DNA of 64,000 bases from Macrostomum lignano. Taxonomy: Eukaryota. The notes beneath the pieces were generated by a model. The model saw nothing but the letters and a program-made list of their open reading frames with translations. It searched no databases and was not told the origin of the DNA. Shown piece by piece: positions 24,081 through 35,424 of the stretch. The position numbers were made by a program, and so were the translations under genes. The stretch lies in contig NIVC01000944.1 of NCBI GenBank assembly GCA_002269645.1, positions 254,588-318,587 of the forward strand, written 5' to 3'. The stretch's first letter is position 1. Each line of letters starts with the position of its first letter.

Positions 24081-26207
24081 ATGCAAGCGGTCAGACAGCG
24101 ACGGCAAGCAGCCAAGCAAGCCTTGCGAAACTTGGGCCTCGACAGCGAATCGAGCGATGATTCGAGCTATGACTCATTTTTCACTGCCGAGAGCGAGGGA
24201 GAGGACGGTGACGAAAATCAAGAAGGCAACGATGGACCGGAGGAAGACGATCAGGGAATGATGCACGATGATTGGAGATCAGTAACTCCAGAGACCGATG
24301 CTCGAGCTAATTCCCTTCCCGAGTTCCTCGGGGCAAGCGGAGTCAATCCGGGATTCTCCGTACCTGCTGATGTTGACGACGGCTGGACAGCCTTTTTCGA
24401 GCAATTTTTACCCGATGAGTTGCTGCTTCAGATGTGCATGTGGACAAACAAGAGAGCGCAGCTGGACATTGCCAAGTTTCAAGAAGAACACGGAGATGAT
24501 GAACTGCCTTACGGGCTCAGAACGTGGAAGCCCTGCACTGTTTCTGAGATGAAGAAGGTGATCGGCGTTATATTATATACCGGAGTTGTACAGAAACCGG
24601 AGGTGACGGCTTACTGGTCCACGGACCCGTTTTACTTTCATCCCTACTTTCAAAGCATGAAGATGCTTCCTCGCTCGCGGTTTCAACAAATCATGTCATG
24701 GCTGCGTTGCTATGACTGTCTTGACTTCGACGCTGGTGATCCCTTGTGCAAGATCAGGCCGTTCCTAGACATGGTCCAGACAGTTTGCAAGAACAGCTAC
24801 CTGCCCGGTCAAAGCATTGCCGTTGATGAAGCGCTGCTGCTCTATAAAGGGAGGCTGATTTTTAAGCAGTACATGCCCAACAAGAGAGCCAAGTTTGGCA
24901 TTAAATTGTACTGCCTTGCAGAGTCTTCTACAGGCTACATGTGGAACTATCTGATACATTCAACCACCATTGCGAATGAACAGTTCGGCAACGATGTGCC
25001 GCAGCTCTCAATCAGTGAGAGAGTCGTCGTAGAACTTTGTCGCGACATTCTGGACCTTGGATATCGGGTCTTTTGCGACAGTTGGTTTTCATCGGTGCGA
25101 CTGGCCAAGTTCCTTCTGACCAGAGGAACAACCTTTTTTTTTTATTAGAGGCAGGGGGGTTGTGTGCACCCTGGCGCACTTTAAGCGACATTGGCACACA
25201 ACCGGCGAGAGGCATTACTGCCCATTCCGCCGACTCCCCTGAGCAGGCACACAAGCGCGCGGATACGTACGCAGGCACACACTCACACAGGAGTGTACAG
25301 CGGCCCTAACTTTATTTTATCGCTAGGCATGTACACTTCACTGCGCCTTGGGGGGTTGGCTCTCAAGGCCGTTAATTGCACGAGCAGAGCCAAGCCGAGA
25401 TTCCAATTCAGCCCCAAATTAATGTGACTGCACTTGGAATCGAGCCTGGGTCGCTGGCACACCAGAGCAGCTGCGCTACCGCTGGGCTACGGCCCCCCCT
25501 GAGGAACAACCTTAACTGGGACCGTTCGCAAAGACCGAGGCGTTCCACCGATTCTGCGAGATATGCTCTTGCAACCACCGAGTCATTCCTTTGCCCGACA
25601 TGGTGACATCCTTGCTGTGAAGCTGGTTGACAGGCGAAGCTCAGGAACAAAGACGGTCTATCTGTTGGACTCCTCTTCAACAGCTGCTAGCTCTTTGGTT
25701 AGCCGGGTACTGCGCGGTGGTGTGGAGCATCAGCTCCTGAAGCCCAACTCGGTGTTGCAATATAATCAGAACATGGGAAGTGTGGATCGGATGGATGCCG
25801 CAGCCCAGCCTTACAGCGCATGCCGCCGAACGCACAAATGGTTCGTAAAGCTGGCGGTGTTTCTGCTACAGCAGCTGGTTCGCAACTCCTGGATTGTGTA
25901 CCGACATCTAGGTGGATCCATGAGCTTTCTCAGCTACACTGAAAGGTGTATAAAGCACTTGATTGAAAGCAGCGGAAATGGTCGATCGAGAGTTAAGCGT
26001 CAGGCTCTTCCCCGTAAGCCAGGCGACATTCATCACCGGCTGGAAAAGCTATCCGCTACCGCAGCACAAGAACGGCCTACCAAGCGTTGCCGAGTTTGTT
26101 ACCAGCGCAGACTGAAAAAGCGGACCGTCTACTTCTGCCAAGGCTGTGACGGTCAGCCTGGGCTTTGCCTGGAGCCGTGCTTCTTTGAGTGGCACTCGGC
26201 TAACTGA
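24081..26207 (+). pseudogene. piggyBac-family transposase interrupted by a SINE; 24081-25135 + 25514-26207 rejoin in frame (582 aa)
   Basis: Acidic N-terminus, AVDEA, KQYMPNKRAKFGIKLY, FCDSWFSS, LTGTVRKDR across the rejoined junction, YNQNMGSVDRMD, C-terminal Cys-rich RCRVC...CQGC...CLEPCF..WH. Confidence 0.92.
25136..25500 (-). mobile_element. tRNA-derived SINE (365 bp) with A-tail
   Basis: 13-bp TSD GAGGAACAACCTT (25123-25135, 25501-25513). Minus-strand head with A-box-like TAGCCCAGCGGTAG and B-box-like GCTCGATTCC; ends AATAAAAAAAA. Confidence 0.9.
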
Positions 26208-26745
26208 TTGCTGGCGCTTTGCTGAAACTGTAATCGAACTGTTGCTAAAATTATTTTCATTCACTTGCATGCAGCTTCATTTGCCCTTATGTTCTCAAGA
26301 TTTACCTTTGTGCATGCAATGTATGTCGTTTTCTATTTGTTTTGTGACACTCCGACGCAGTATGACAATACAAACAGTTTTTTGGCCTTGGCATGCATAG
26401 CATTCCATTTGGTTGAGTCAGACAATGATTCTGTCTAAACTCGCTTTCCCATCGACTTCAAATCTGTATATGGTCAATTGACAGAATGAACGATGGCATG
26501 CACAGCATGCCACTGGAAATCATAAGGTTAATACGCGAAATAACAGAGATAGAGAAAATGGCAGAGATTTTAGGGTGCTCAACGCACCCAATGCACTCTG
26601 GTTTGTGGTGGGGGTTTGGTTGGAGTAGATATTTCCAGGTTTGAGATTTTTGTTTTTTTTTTAGTTTTTCGGGACTGGGTCAAGGTTAGGGGTTAAGTTC
26701 AGTTTCAGAGAAAGAGGAGCTTAACCGGCAGACAGGCAGTAAGAG

Positions 26746-27328
<583 letters not shown>

Positions 27329-28122
27329 AAATCAGATAGGCCAAAAAGCAGATGAGTGATAGACAGACCGAATGACGGCGAAGGACAAACAGAAGAGCGG
27401 AGAAGAGGGATCACAAAGTTAAAAATACACTCGTAGATATTAAGCAGATAAAAATGTGCAGGTATTAGAGATATTTCAAAATGACAAATATTACAAATAT
27501 TACGGGCCAGGAGTAAAAAAGTTTTTTGTTGATTTCAAGGCCTTTATGTTCAATAGATGGAATGGCAGCAAAGATTTTGCGCTGCTTTGCGCGCATATTT
27601 ATATTTACAAGATTCAGGGGGCCAAGGGGGGTGCGAAAAGGTGGCGTGATAAACTTAGACATAGGTTGGGGGTTGCAAGTGCGGCTGCACTGGTGCTGGC
27701 CGGTCACGTATATTCTGGCCGTCACAGTACAGAATAATACGAGCTCGCAGAATAAGGATTTTTCGGAGATTTAAGTTTTTTTCGTTTTTAGACTTCGGGC
27801 TTTTGGTTAGAGATACTGCTGGTGTAATACTTAAGCTCTGGGCTTAGCTTTTAGTATGGATAGAGAAGAGAACTTGTCTTCATTTCAGCTATGTACAAGT
27901 GACGAGGCTTTATGCTCTCGGCACGGAACACTAACCCTGCTGAAGCCCCATTCTCTTAACTTAGCGCAGACTTTACTGTACTAATTTTTTCTCTCTGGGG
28001 CCTCTGCTTCAGTGTGGTGTCTTGGTAAGAAGTTTTCATTGTGTTCTTTAAGACACGCGAAGCACAAGGCCGAAATCATGGTTCTGATGCATGATGAGAA
28101 GCAGAAAATGTACATAGCTGTC

Positions 28123-28430
28123 AGTAGTAGTGTTATATAAGGGGTTGCGCCACACTTATTGCTCGGGCGCATTGCGCGCCAGCTCGCTGGATGACTCAGC
28201 CCCTTATAACATACTACTACTACCAGGAGGTCATGGATTCAAGTGGGGTGTGATATGTAAATATATATATATATCTGTGAGTGAGGGTGTTGGGGGTGAG
28301 GGCATGTGGGGGCATTGGCTTGTGGAATATTTCACAGAACACAGAATTTCCGGAATTTTTATACTTTTAAAAAGGGGGGGTGCCCTCGCCCTCATGCCCT
28401 CACTCATTTTGAAAATCACTAAAAATAAGT
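28123..28430 (+). repeat. Left terminal inverted repeat of the Polinton
   Basis: Reverse complement of 41776-42082 apart from a handful of differences. Confidence 0.95.
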
Positions 28431-28635
28431 GAAAAATGACTAAAAACAGGTGAAAATGGTCTGAAAACAGCGATTTTTTGTGATTTTCAAAAATTTTGAA
28501 AAAGTGCAATTTTCACGATTCCAGCTCTAAAACCATGAGAAAAGTTGGATTCACGGGTCAATTTAATGCAATTTCAGATATATACAATATGAAAGTGTCA
28601 TCTAATTTAACGATAGTAAATTTTATAAATATAAA

Positions 28636-29991
28636 ATGGCCTTCAGTAAACCATTATTTCTAGGAAATGCTTTAGATATTCAGTCAGCTATAACAAAACT
28701 ACCACCCATCTTCGCCACTGGAAAATATCCTGGCGAATTTCATATTCCAGGGTATTCTTTCACTGGCCCAGGTACAAATTTAGACAAGAGACTCAATCCA
28801 ATTACAGACCGGCCTCGGTATGACAGTCTACCAATTAACCCAATCGATTGGACTGCTTACTATCATGACAAAAACTATAGAGATGCCGAAAACACTTCTT
28901 CAAATCCAGAGGAAGCTCTAGCAAAGAAGCACATTGCTGATGAAAAAATGATAGCTGATTTAGATGCTATTCCAACCAGTGACTTGTCTGTGAAAGAGAG
29001 ACTCATTCGAAATCTAGTAAAGCGTATTATCAAGGCTAAAGTTCGGTTTGGATTAGGAATTCTTACTCACAACCCCAACAATTGTATAGACTGTCTAACC
29101 ATATACGGCAATGGTCTTAGCTATGAAGATGCTTTGAAATTGCATAAAGAATATCGAAAGCCAAGAGTATTTAGAAAAATGATTCACTATGCAAAAGACA
29201 CAATTTGGCATGCAGATATCATTATCCTTCCTCCTGAAAGAGGTTACAAATATGCCCTCACTATCATAGATGGTTTTACACGTTACGCCTGGGCAGTTCC
29301 TTTGAAAACAAAGACGGGAGCGGAAGTTGCAGAAGCTTTCCAAAAAGTATTTAAGGAATCAGGAAGACGATCAGAGAGACTTTGTGTAGATGAAGGCAAG
29401 GAGTTTTATAATCAGCATATGTACAAGCTATACTCGTTTTCAAAAGACGACATAAGAAAGAAAGATGAAAATGGGGAGTATATTAACAAGATGTTCTCAA
29501 TTTATGGTGAGTCTAAGAATGCAATGATTGAGAGGTTCAATCGTACTCTCACAAATAAACTCTAGTTTGAATTTGATCTACAAGGAAACCAGAAGTGGCT
29601 CCACATATTGCCAGCTATTGTTGAAAAATACAACACAATCCATTCTGAGATTCTGATAACTCCTTTAGAAGCATCTAAACATCCTGAGCGAGTACCAAAG
29701 CCTTCATTTGAGTATTCAAATGAGAAACCAAACTTCAAAGTAGGTGACAAAGTTCATATCTATAGATATAAGGAGCACTTTGAAAAGGGTCGAAAAGGTT
29801 ATTGGAAAATTTCACAATTGTTTAGGATAAAGAAAATAGTTTATTCAAATCCCATAACCTACATTATTGAGGATGAGAATGGAGAAGAAATTATTGGATC
29901 ATTTTACAAATCCCAGCTTTTACCAGCAAATTTTCCAACAAAAAATGAGCGCCAATCGAACACACTGCAAACGGGCGAAAGGTCAGATTGA
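28636..29991 (+). CDS. Parvovirus-VP1-type phospholipase A2 fused to an rve integrase; one in-frame TAG at 29563-29565
   Basis: HIPGYSFTGPGT, PINPIDWTAYYHDKNY, IADEKM (PLA2); WHADII, IDGFTRYAWAVPLK, VDEGKEF, IERFNRT (D-D-E). The ORF at 29608 is in the same frame and continues KWLHILP...GSFY. Confidence 0.88.
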
Positions 29992-30367
29992 AACGTCTGA
30001 TTCACAACTACTAGCTGATAAAGAGGGTGAAGGAATTGGTGATATGATCAGTGGTGTCACAAACTTTTTATCAAATCATGGAAGTAAAATTGTGAGTGGA
30101 GCTGATGCAATAGGTAAAACAGCTACCACAGCGAAGAACATATTCGATGCGAAGAAATCATACAGTGACATGTCTAAAGCAGGTGAGGAACTGGAATATA
30201 TTAAAAAGAAACGCCGAGAAAAGGAAGCAAAGAAAAGAATGGAAGAAGAGCATCAGATAGCTTCACAATCAAACAAGGCCATTCAAGATATTGTTAAAAA
30301 GGCTCTAGGAACAGCAGAACAGTCTCAAGTGTCTTTGAGACAAGGCAATGGTTTGAAGAAATTCTGA
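29945..30367 (+). CDS. Small basic hypothetical protein, candidate virion core/membrane-lytic protein
   Basis: AAAAATG start; KEGEG followed by amphipathic GDMISGVTNFLSNHGSK; ends RQGNGLKKF. Confidence 0.6.
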   Translation: MSANRTHCKRAKGQIETSDSQLLADKEGEGIGDMISGVTNFLSNHGSKIVSGADAIGKTATTAKNIFDAKKSYSDMSKAGEELEYIKKKRREKEAKKRMEEEHQIASQSNKAIQDIVKKALGTAEQSQVSLRQGNGLKKF

Positions 30368-30375
30368 CCTTAAAA

Positions 30376-30832
30376 ATGAGCGAGAAAAACACTGAAGCAA
30401 GACTCAATCGATATGTTCGAGAGGGAAAACCAAGATATGTTACTGTAAATAAGCAAAAGCAATATCTTTCTAAAGAGAAGATTCGAGAATTGCAAGAGAA
30501 ACAGAAAGAACATGAAGGTGGAATAATTCCTCTATTAGGCTTACTACCAGCAATTTTGGGTGGTATCGGAGCAGCCTCAGGAGTTGGTACAATGATTGCA
30601 AAAAGTGTAAATACAGCCAACAATGCTAAGCATAATAAGAAAATAGAAAGCATTGAACGGCAAAAACTAGAAGAGTTGAAAAAGGCTCAAGGGAGTGGAG
30701 TGTTAGTTGATGCGGCTAAAAGAGTCGAACAAGTACCGTACCCAGCAAAGCAGTCAAGTGGCTGCTAAAGACTTTTAAAGTTGAAAAGGAGAAACAGGGT
30801 AATGGGATAATTCTTAGACCTCACGAAGCTTA
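30376..30832 (+). CDS. Adenovirus pX/mu-like core protein; probable frameshift near 30740
   Basis: Basic N-terminus, then EGGIIPLLGLLPAILGGIGA (resembles adenoviral pX GGILPLLIPLIAAAIG). A shifted frame continues AVKWLLKTF...KQGNGIILRPHEA* to 30832. Confidence 0.55.
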
Positions 30833-30853
30833 GTTGAAATTTCTCGTATAAAA

Positions 30854-32005
30854 ATGGAGAACAAAAAGGATATACTGAACCTATATGAGAGCAAAACTTT
30901 TAGCTTTTTCAAAAAGAAAGAAGACTATATTAAGATTTCGCCCACACCAGGTAGCACTAATAATCTCAATGTTGCAGGAGGTCAAATAGTTCATGAAGTC
31001 AATTCAACAGAGTCATACATTCTCATGTCAGAGGCATTCGGTTTTATAAGATACTCGATAACACAGCGAGATAACACAGACTTGAATACGAACATTACTC
31101 TAGAACATAATTGGCCTATGCGTCTGTTTTCTCAACTTATTGTGGACATAGGAGGATCAAAGAAAGTATATAATGATCCTGGAGAGTATGACACAATCTT
31201 AAAGTCCGTAATGTACTCAAAATTAATGAATGAAGTTGGAGAAGCATACGGATGGATTCCAGACACTGGAGATGCTGGGACTGTTTCTGATATACCTCTA
31301 GCAAACAACGCAGATGCTGAAGCTGTGAGAACTGCAGCAATCGCTATGAAAAATAGACTTAATAAGAAGGATTCGAATACTGGATACATTAGGAGGCTTG
31401 AAAATTATAATGTCACTAATGCTCCAAACAGAGGTGGAACAATCAAACTATCATTAACACCCCTCATTGGGTTCCTTGATTGGCAGAAGATTAGCAAAGG
31501 AATTAAATACAAATTTACATGGACAAGAAAGACTAACGATGCTGAAATTTTCTTTGGAGCTGCTGGGACGGAAGCTAAGTTAACTATTAATAGCTTTGAG
31601 ATTTGGATCCCTGCTATTACTTTGTCACTCAGTGCTGAAGAAGCTTTTCTAAAATCACTCAACAAGGACATTACAGTATCATTTCCAGAGAGGGTAACGG
31701 TTCCGCCACAACTCATTCAAGGAAGTCCATATACATGGAACATAACCAGCGTCTCCAATATGCCACTTGCAATCTTTGTAGCCTTCAAATATGACGTAAA
31801 CAATCCATCATATATAGTTAATGATCACAAGTATGTATCTTACAAGACTGGAGCAAATGCAGTAAAAATAACCCAGCTTCAAGTCAGATTAAATCAGGCG
31901 ATGTATCCAACTGATTATGTTGATATTGATCCAGTAGCTCAAGACATTCATAAAGCGTATGAAATGTACGAGGACATCTGCAGCCATTTCGGTGTAACTC
32001 CGTGA
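30854..32005 (+). CDS. Major capsid protein (double jelly-roll, PY/hexon-like), apparently C-terminally truncated
   Basis: 383-aa beta-rich ORF in the capsid module with Polinton MCP-like segments (PLAIFVAF, ITQLQVRLNQAMYP, AYEMYEDIC); ends abruptly at a rearranged junction. Confidence 0.72.
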   Translation: MENKKDILNLYESKTFSFFKKKEDYIKISPTPGSTNNLNVAGGQIVHEVNSTESYILMSEAFGFIRYSITQRDNTDLNTNITLEHNWPMRLFSQLIVDIGGSKKVYNDPGEYDTILKSVMYSKLMNEVGEAYGWIPDTGDAGTVSDIPLANNADAEAVRTAAIAMKNRLNKKDSNTGYIRRLENYNVTNAPNRGGTIKLSLTPLIGFLDWQKISKGIKYKFTWTRKTNDAEIFFGAAGTEAKLTINSFEIWIPAITLSLSAEEAFLKSLNKDITVSFPERVTVPPQLIQGSPYTWNITSVSNMPLAIFVAFKYDVNNPSYIVNDHKYVSYKTGANAVKITQLQVRLNQAMYPTDYVDIDPVAQDIHKAYEMYEDICSHFGVTP

Positions 32006-32079
32006 TGAGGATGTAACTTCGGTGATGAGGATGAGCAAGATTTGTATAAGGATGTTCTAACTAAAATCCCATTGTAAAA

Positions 32080-32811
32080 ATGACTAATGAATATATAAGA
32101 CAACTCATTAATTTAGCAAAGCAGCGAGAAATGTACAAATCCAGAAATGATGCTCAACGCTATTTGAAAATTGGAGAAGAGAGTTTATATGCAAGAGTGG
32201 CTCCATTAGCTCAAAAACCTGTCACAGAAAAGCTTGATCAATTTATTGATGTCAATGCCAACCTTGTTGATAAACTTCAGAATCAAAAAGTTCCAGTTCC
32301 GCAATCAAGTACACCAAAAGGACGATTTGAACCTCTGGAAGTATTTGACAAAATAATTGAAGAAATTGGAAAGATTCCAATAACTCAAAGACCAGCACCT
32401 AGTATACGAATTCAAAAAACAGATGCTGGATATATATTTGGATCATCTGTAATAGATGTTGAATTCCATGAACAAGGTCGAGACATCATTGTCAACGAAT
32501 TTCGAATGCCATTTTCTGAAGATCTTGAAGAGTTGTTCAAAATGCCTAAAGTAACTGAAAATGGTGAAGAGCTGAAGCAATTCAAGATGCAAACATTGCA
32601 GGATTATGTTAACCTCATTGAACACTGTAAAAATCCAGCAGCCAAATCAAGTGGGAATTATAAGCAAGCAGTAAGGATATTGAAAGATAATCCACCAGGA
32701 TATCGAGTAAAACCGGGATCTGGACTCAGTGAAAGAGTGTTGACATTACTAGCCGCAAAAGCAGAGGGACATAACAATGTTGATAAAGAGCTAGAAGAAT
32801 TACTTGCTTAA
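32080..32811 (+). CDS. Conserved Polinton hypothetical protein (243 aa)
   Basis: C-terminal PGSG...ERVLTLLAAKAEGHNNV resembles the G.G...RL.LL.A...GN motif recalled from Polinton accessory ORFs. Confidence 0.55.
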   Translation: MTNEYIRQLINLAKQREMYKSRNDAQRYLKIGEESLYARVAPLAQKPVTEKLDQFIDVNANLVDKLQNQKVPVPQSSTPKGRFEPLEVFDKIIEEIGKIPITQRPAPSIRIQKTDAGYIFGSSVIDVEFHEQGRDIIVNEFRMPFSEDLEELFKMPKVTENGEELKQFKMQTLQDYVNLIEHCKNPAAKSSGNYKQAVRILKDNPPGYRVKPGSGLSERVLTLLAAKAEGHNNVDKELEELLA

Positions 32812-32813
32812 AA

Positions 32814-33607
32814 ATGGAAAAAGAAATAGAAAAAGTCAACATCCTCATGAGTAAAAAGTTTCAACGCACATTTGACTTCTTTTCAATTAAAAACCCATTT
32901 CGACAAACTCTAGGCACTCCGATAAATTTGTATGAAGATCGAGAATACGAAGCTGGTATAAAAAAGTTTGCAGTATTTGATGCCATTAACAATATTGAAG
33001 GAGGCAATAATGAGTTGCGATACTCGAGGGATAGTGGTAGAACATGGAAAAAAATAAAGATTCAAGCAGGATCTTGGGAAGTTAAAAGTCTGTCAAGTGA
33101 GATTCAAAGATTGCTAACAGCTGCAAATGATTGGAAAGAGGGAGCTATTGTCTTCAGTGCAAGCCTAGACACGCGTAGAGTTGAGTTACGGTTAGCCACA
33201 GATTATCAAGTTGATTTCAGGGATGCACATTCCAATAATTTTAGAAGAGACTGTTGGGATTCAATTCAGAAGTGTATTTGAAACCATTTGAGAGAGCTCC
33301 AAATCCAGCTCGGATAGACGGAGCTAGAAGTGCGATCATGGTTCGTTGTCTAAATATCAAAGGGGGTTTTATCACTAATCCAGCCAATGGAAATCATTTA
33401 ATTGATAAGCAAATACTTCTTTCAATTCCATCGTTCTCTGTCCCAATGGGAAGTAAAATTATTCAAGAGCCTGCAAATCCTGTGTACCTACCACTAACTA
33501 CAAACATGTTGAGCACATTCGACTTTGTCATTGAAGATGAGTCTGGTGTTCTATACGACTTTGATGGCGAGGAAATATTTATAAATCTACACGTACGACA
33601 AATATGA
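32814..33607 (+). CDS. Minor capsid protein (penton, single jelly-roll, PX-like); frameshift near 33250
   Basis: PINLYEDREYE, INNIEGGNNELRY, IQAGSWEV, LLGF, MVRCLNI, GSKIIQEP, IEDESGVLYDFDGEEI..LHVR; two overlapping ORFs joined by one shift. Confidence 0.75.
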
Positions 33608-33616
33608 GTGTTAAAA

Positions 33617-34048
33617 ATGAGCGAAGCTGAGACATGGAATGCATTTAAACAAAAGTTTGGGACTGACACTACGACTAATATTGATCTGATAAATTGGGCA
33701 AAATATCTCAAGTTAAAACCATTTCGCTATGCCATGAGAGATGAAATTATTGATTTACCACAGTATGGTTACTTTATGACAAATATTCACACTTCGAAAG
33801 AACGGGGTATACATCATTCAGCTATCTTTTCAGCTCCTGATAAGGTTTATTTTTTTGATTCCTATGCACTACCGCCCACACTAGAAATTATGGAAAAGTT
33901 TAATCACACAAAGAATAGAATATGTGGAGACATGGAAGAACAAATTCAAACTTTAGATAAGAAATTTTGTGGTCAAATGTCGCTGTACTTTTTACATCGA
34001 ATCGATAAAGGAGATAGCTATAATGAAATTTTGCAGCAATTAAAATGA
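33617..34048 (+). CDS. Adenain-like (C5) cysteine maturation protease
   Basis: GIHH (His), YFFDSY (Asp), QIQ, FCGQMSLYF (Cys); intact ORF. Confidence 0.85.
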   Translation: MSEAETWNAFKQKFGTDTTTNIDLINWAKYLKLKPFRYAMRDEIIDLPQYGYFMTNIHTSKERGIHHSAIFSAPDKVYFFDSYALPPTLEIMEKFNHTKNRICGDMEEQIQTLDKKFCGQMSLYFLHRIDKGDSYNEILQQLK

Positions 34049-35422
34049 GTTACAAGAATACTGCCAATCAATTTGGTTACTCGTCAAATTCAAATGATAT
34101 AGCACCTGGAATAACAATAGCGTTAGCTGATGATCGATACATCAATGAAAATGAAGGATATAAGAGAGAGGAAATAGATAATTTATTGTTAGCAAAGAGA
34201 AATGTTTCAGACTCTTATTCAAAGGAAGATAGTGACGCAATGAATATCACCATGCTAAAATTAATTGACGATGCTCATGGGCGCGTAAACAATGTCTACA
34301 CAAAAACCGAAATTGACACTATGATGTATTCTAAAACTGAGATTGACACTAAGATGTATTCTAAAACTGAGATTGACACTTTGTTAGCGGAAAGGCAAGG
34401 TACTGCGGCAGGTACAGAGAGTTCGAAATTAGTCAATATTCTTTCATTACTGACTTCAAACGCTTCCCATCCTGACATGAAAGTGACCGCTTCTCATAAC
34501 TCTTCAGCAGCATATCATGTTGCAGATTCAAACCCAGCTTCAGAATGGAGCAGTGTAGATGACTCAGACAAGTGGATACGATTTCAATTTTTGAAAAGAG
34601 CTAGGAAAGTTGTAGAGATAAAGTTGGAAGGAGAGGTGTGGCCTGGTTGGTCTGTTAGTGTGAGCCTAAATGGAACAAACTGGACACCTGTTGAACAAAG
34701 TGCACCCATTGAACTACGAAGGGCAATGCACATCTTAGGAAAAAATACCCAATCCCTCATATTATTTCCATTATTCTCTTAATTTTTCTGGTTCCGTAAA
34801 GCTTACAAAAGTTGAATTACTTGAGAGACAAACAGTGGTTAATGATTTAGTGTGGCCTATAGATAGACTTCAAGCTGTACCAAAGCTATACGTAGACAAT
34901 GCACTTGAATCAGTGGAGCTGCGACTAAGGCGGGGACTAGGTTTCAAATCTTATACAGGATATATCCCCCCACTAGCAACACGTCAAAACTATAGAGAAA
35001 GGGGTTTCAATGTAGCGTCATCAGGAGCATTTGAAACGTCAGATAATTGGGGTTATATAGTATCTAATTCAGAATGGGCATCGAGGAATGAACCCAATTC
35101 TTACATTGAAGTACAACTTCCCGAGTCTATTCAAATTTGGAAATTCGGATTGAAAGGAACCAAAGCAGTAGGTAGTGAAATTATAAAAAATCAACCAAAA
35201 AGTTTTATTTTAAAAGGTAGCAATAACAAGAGAGACTTTAAAAATATTTTTTCTACCGAAAACGCTGGTTTAGTTCCTGGAGTGATGAAGTATTTCGAAG
35301 TAGCTTTCACCGAAAAATTCTCCGTTTATAGAGTGCATATTAATTCGGCCACTGAAGGATCAACTGTTCTTATAGTTTCAGGCTTTCAACTTTATCCGAT
35401 TTTAGACATAATTGCCACATAA
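34045..35422 (+). CDS. Fibre/spike-like protein with YxKxEID repeats and two discoidin (F5/8-C-like) domains; frameshift near 34740
   Basis: YKREEID, YSKEDSD, YTKTEID, YSKTEID x2; ASEWSS..WIRFQF..VSLNGTNWT and SEWAS..YIEVQLP..FILKGSNN..YRVHIN. The second frame is open from 34739. Confidence 0.62.
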
Positions 35423-35424
35423 AA

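Noticed and set aside
25425-25500. Possible tRNA gene
   Set aside because: A/B boxes are present, but it is the head of a TSD-flanked A-tailed SINE and has no convincing cloverleaf.
26500-26700. piggyBac right end (AAGG|TTAA at 26527, or GGGG|TTAA near 26691)
   Set aside because: No matching inverted sequence was found upstream of the ORF, so the termini cannot be called.
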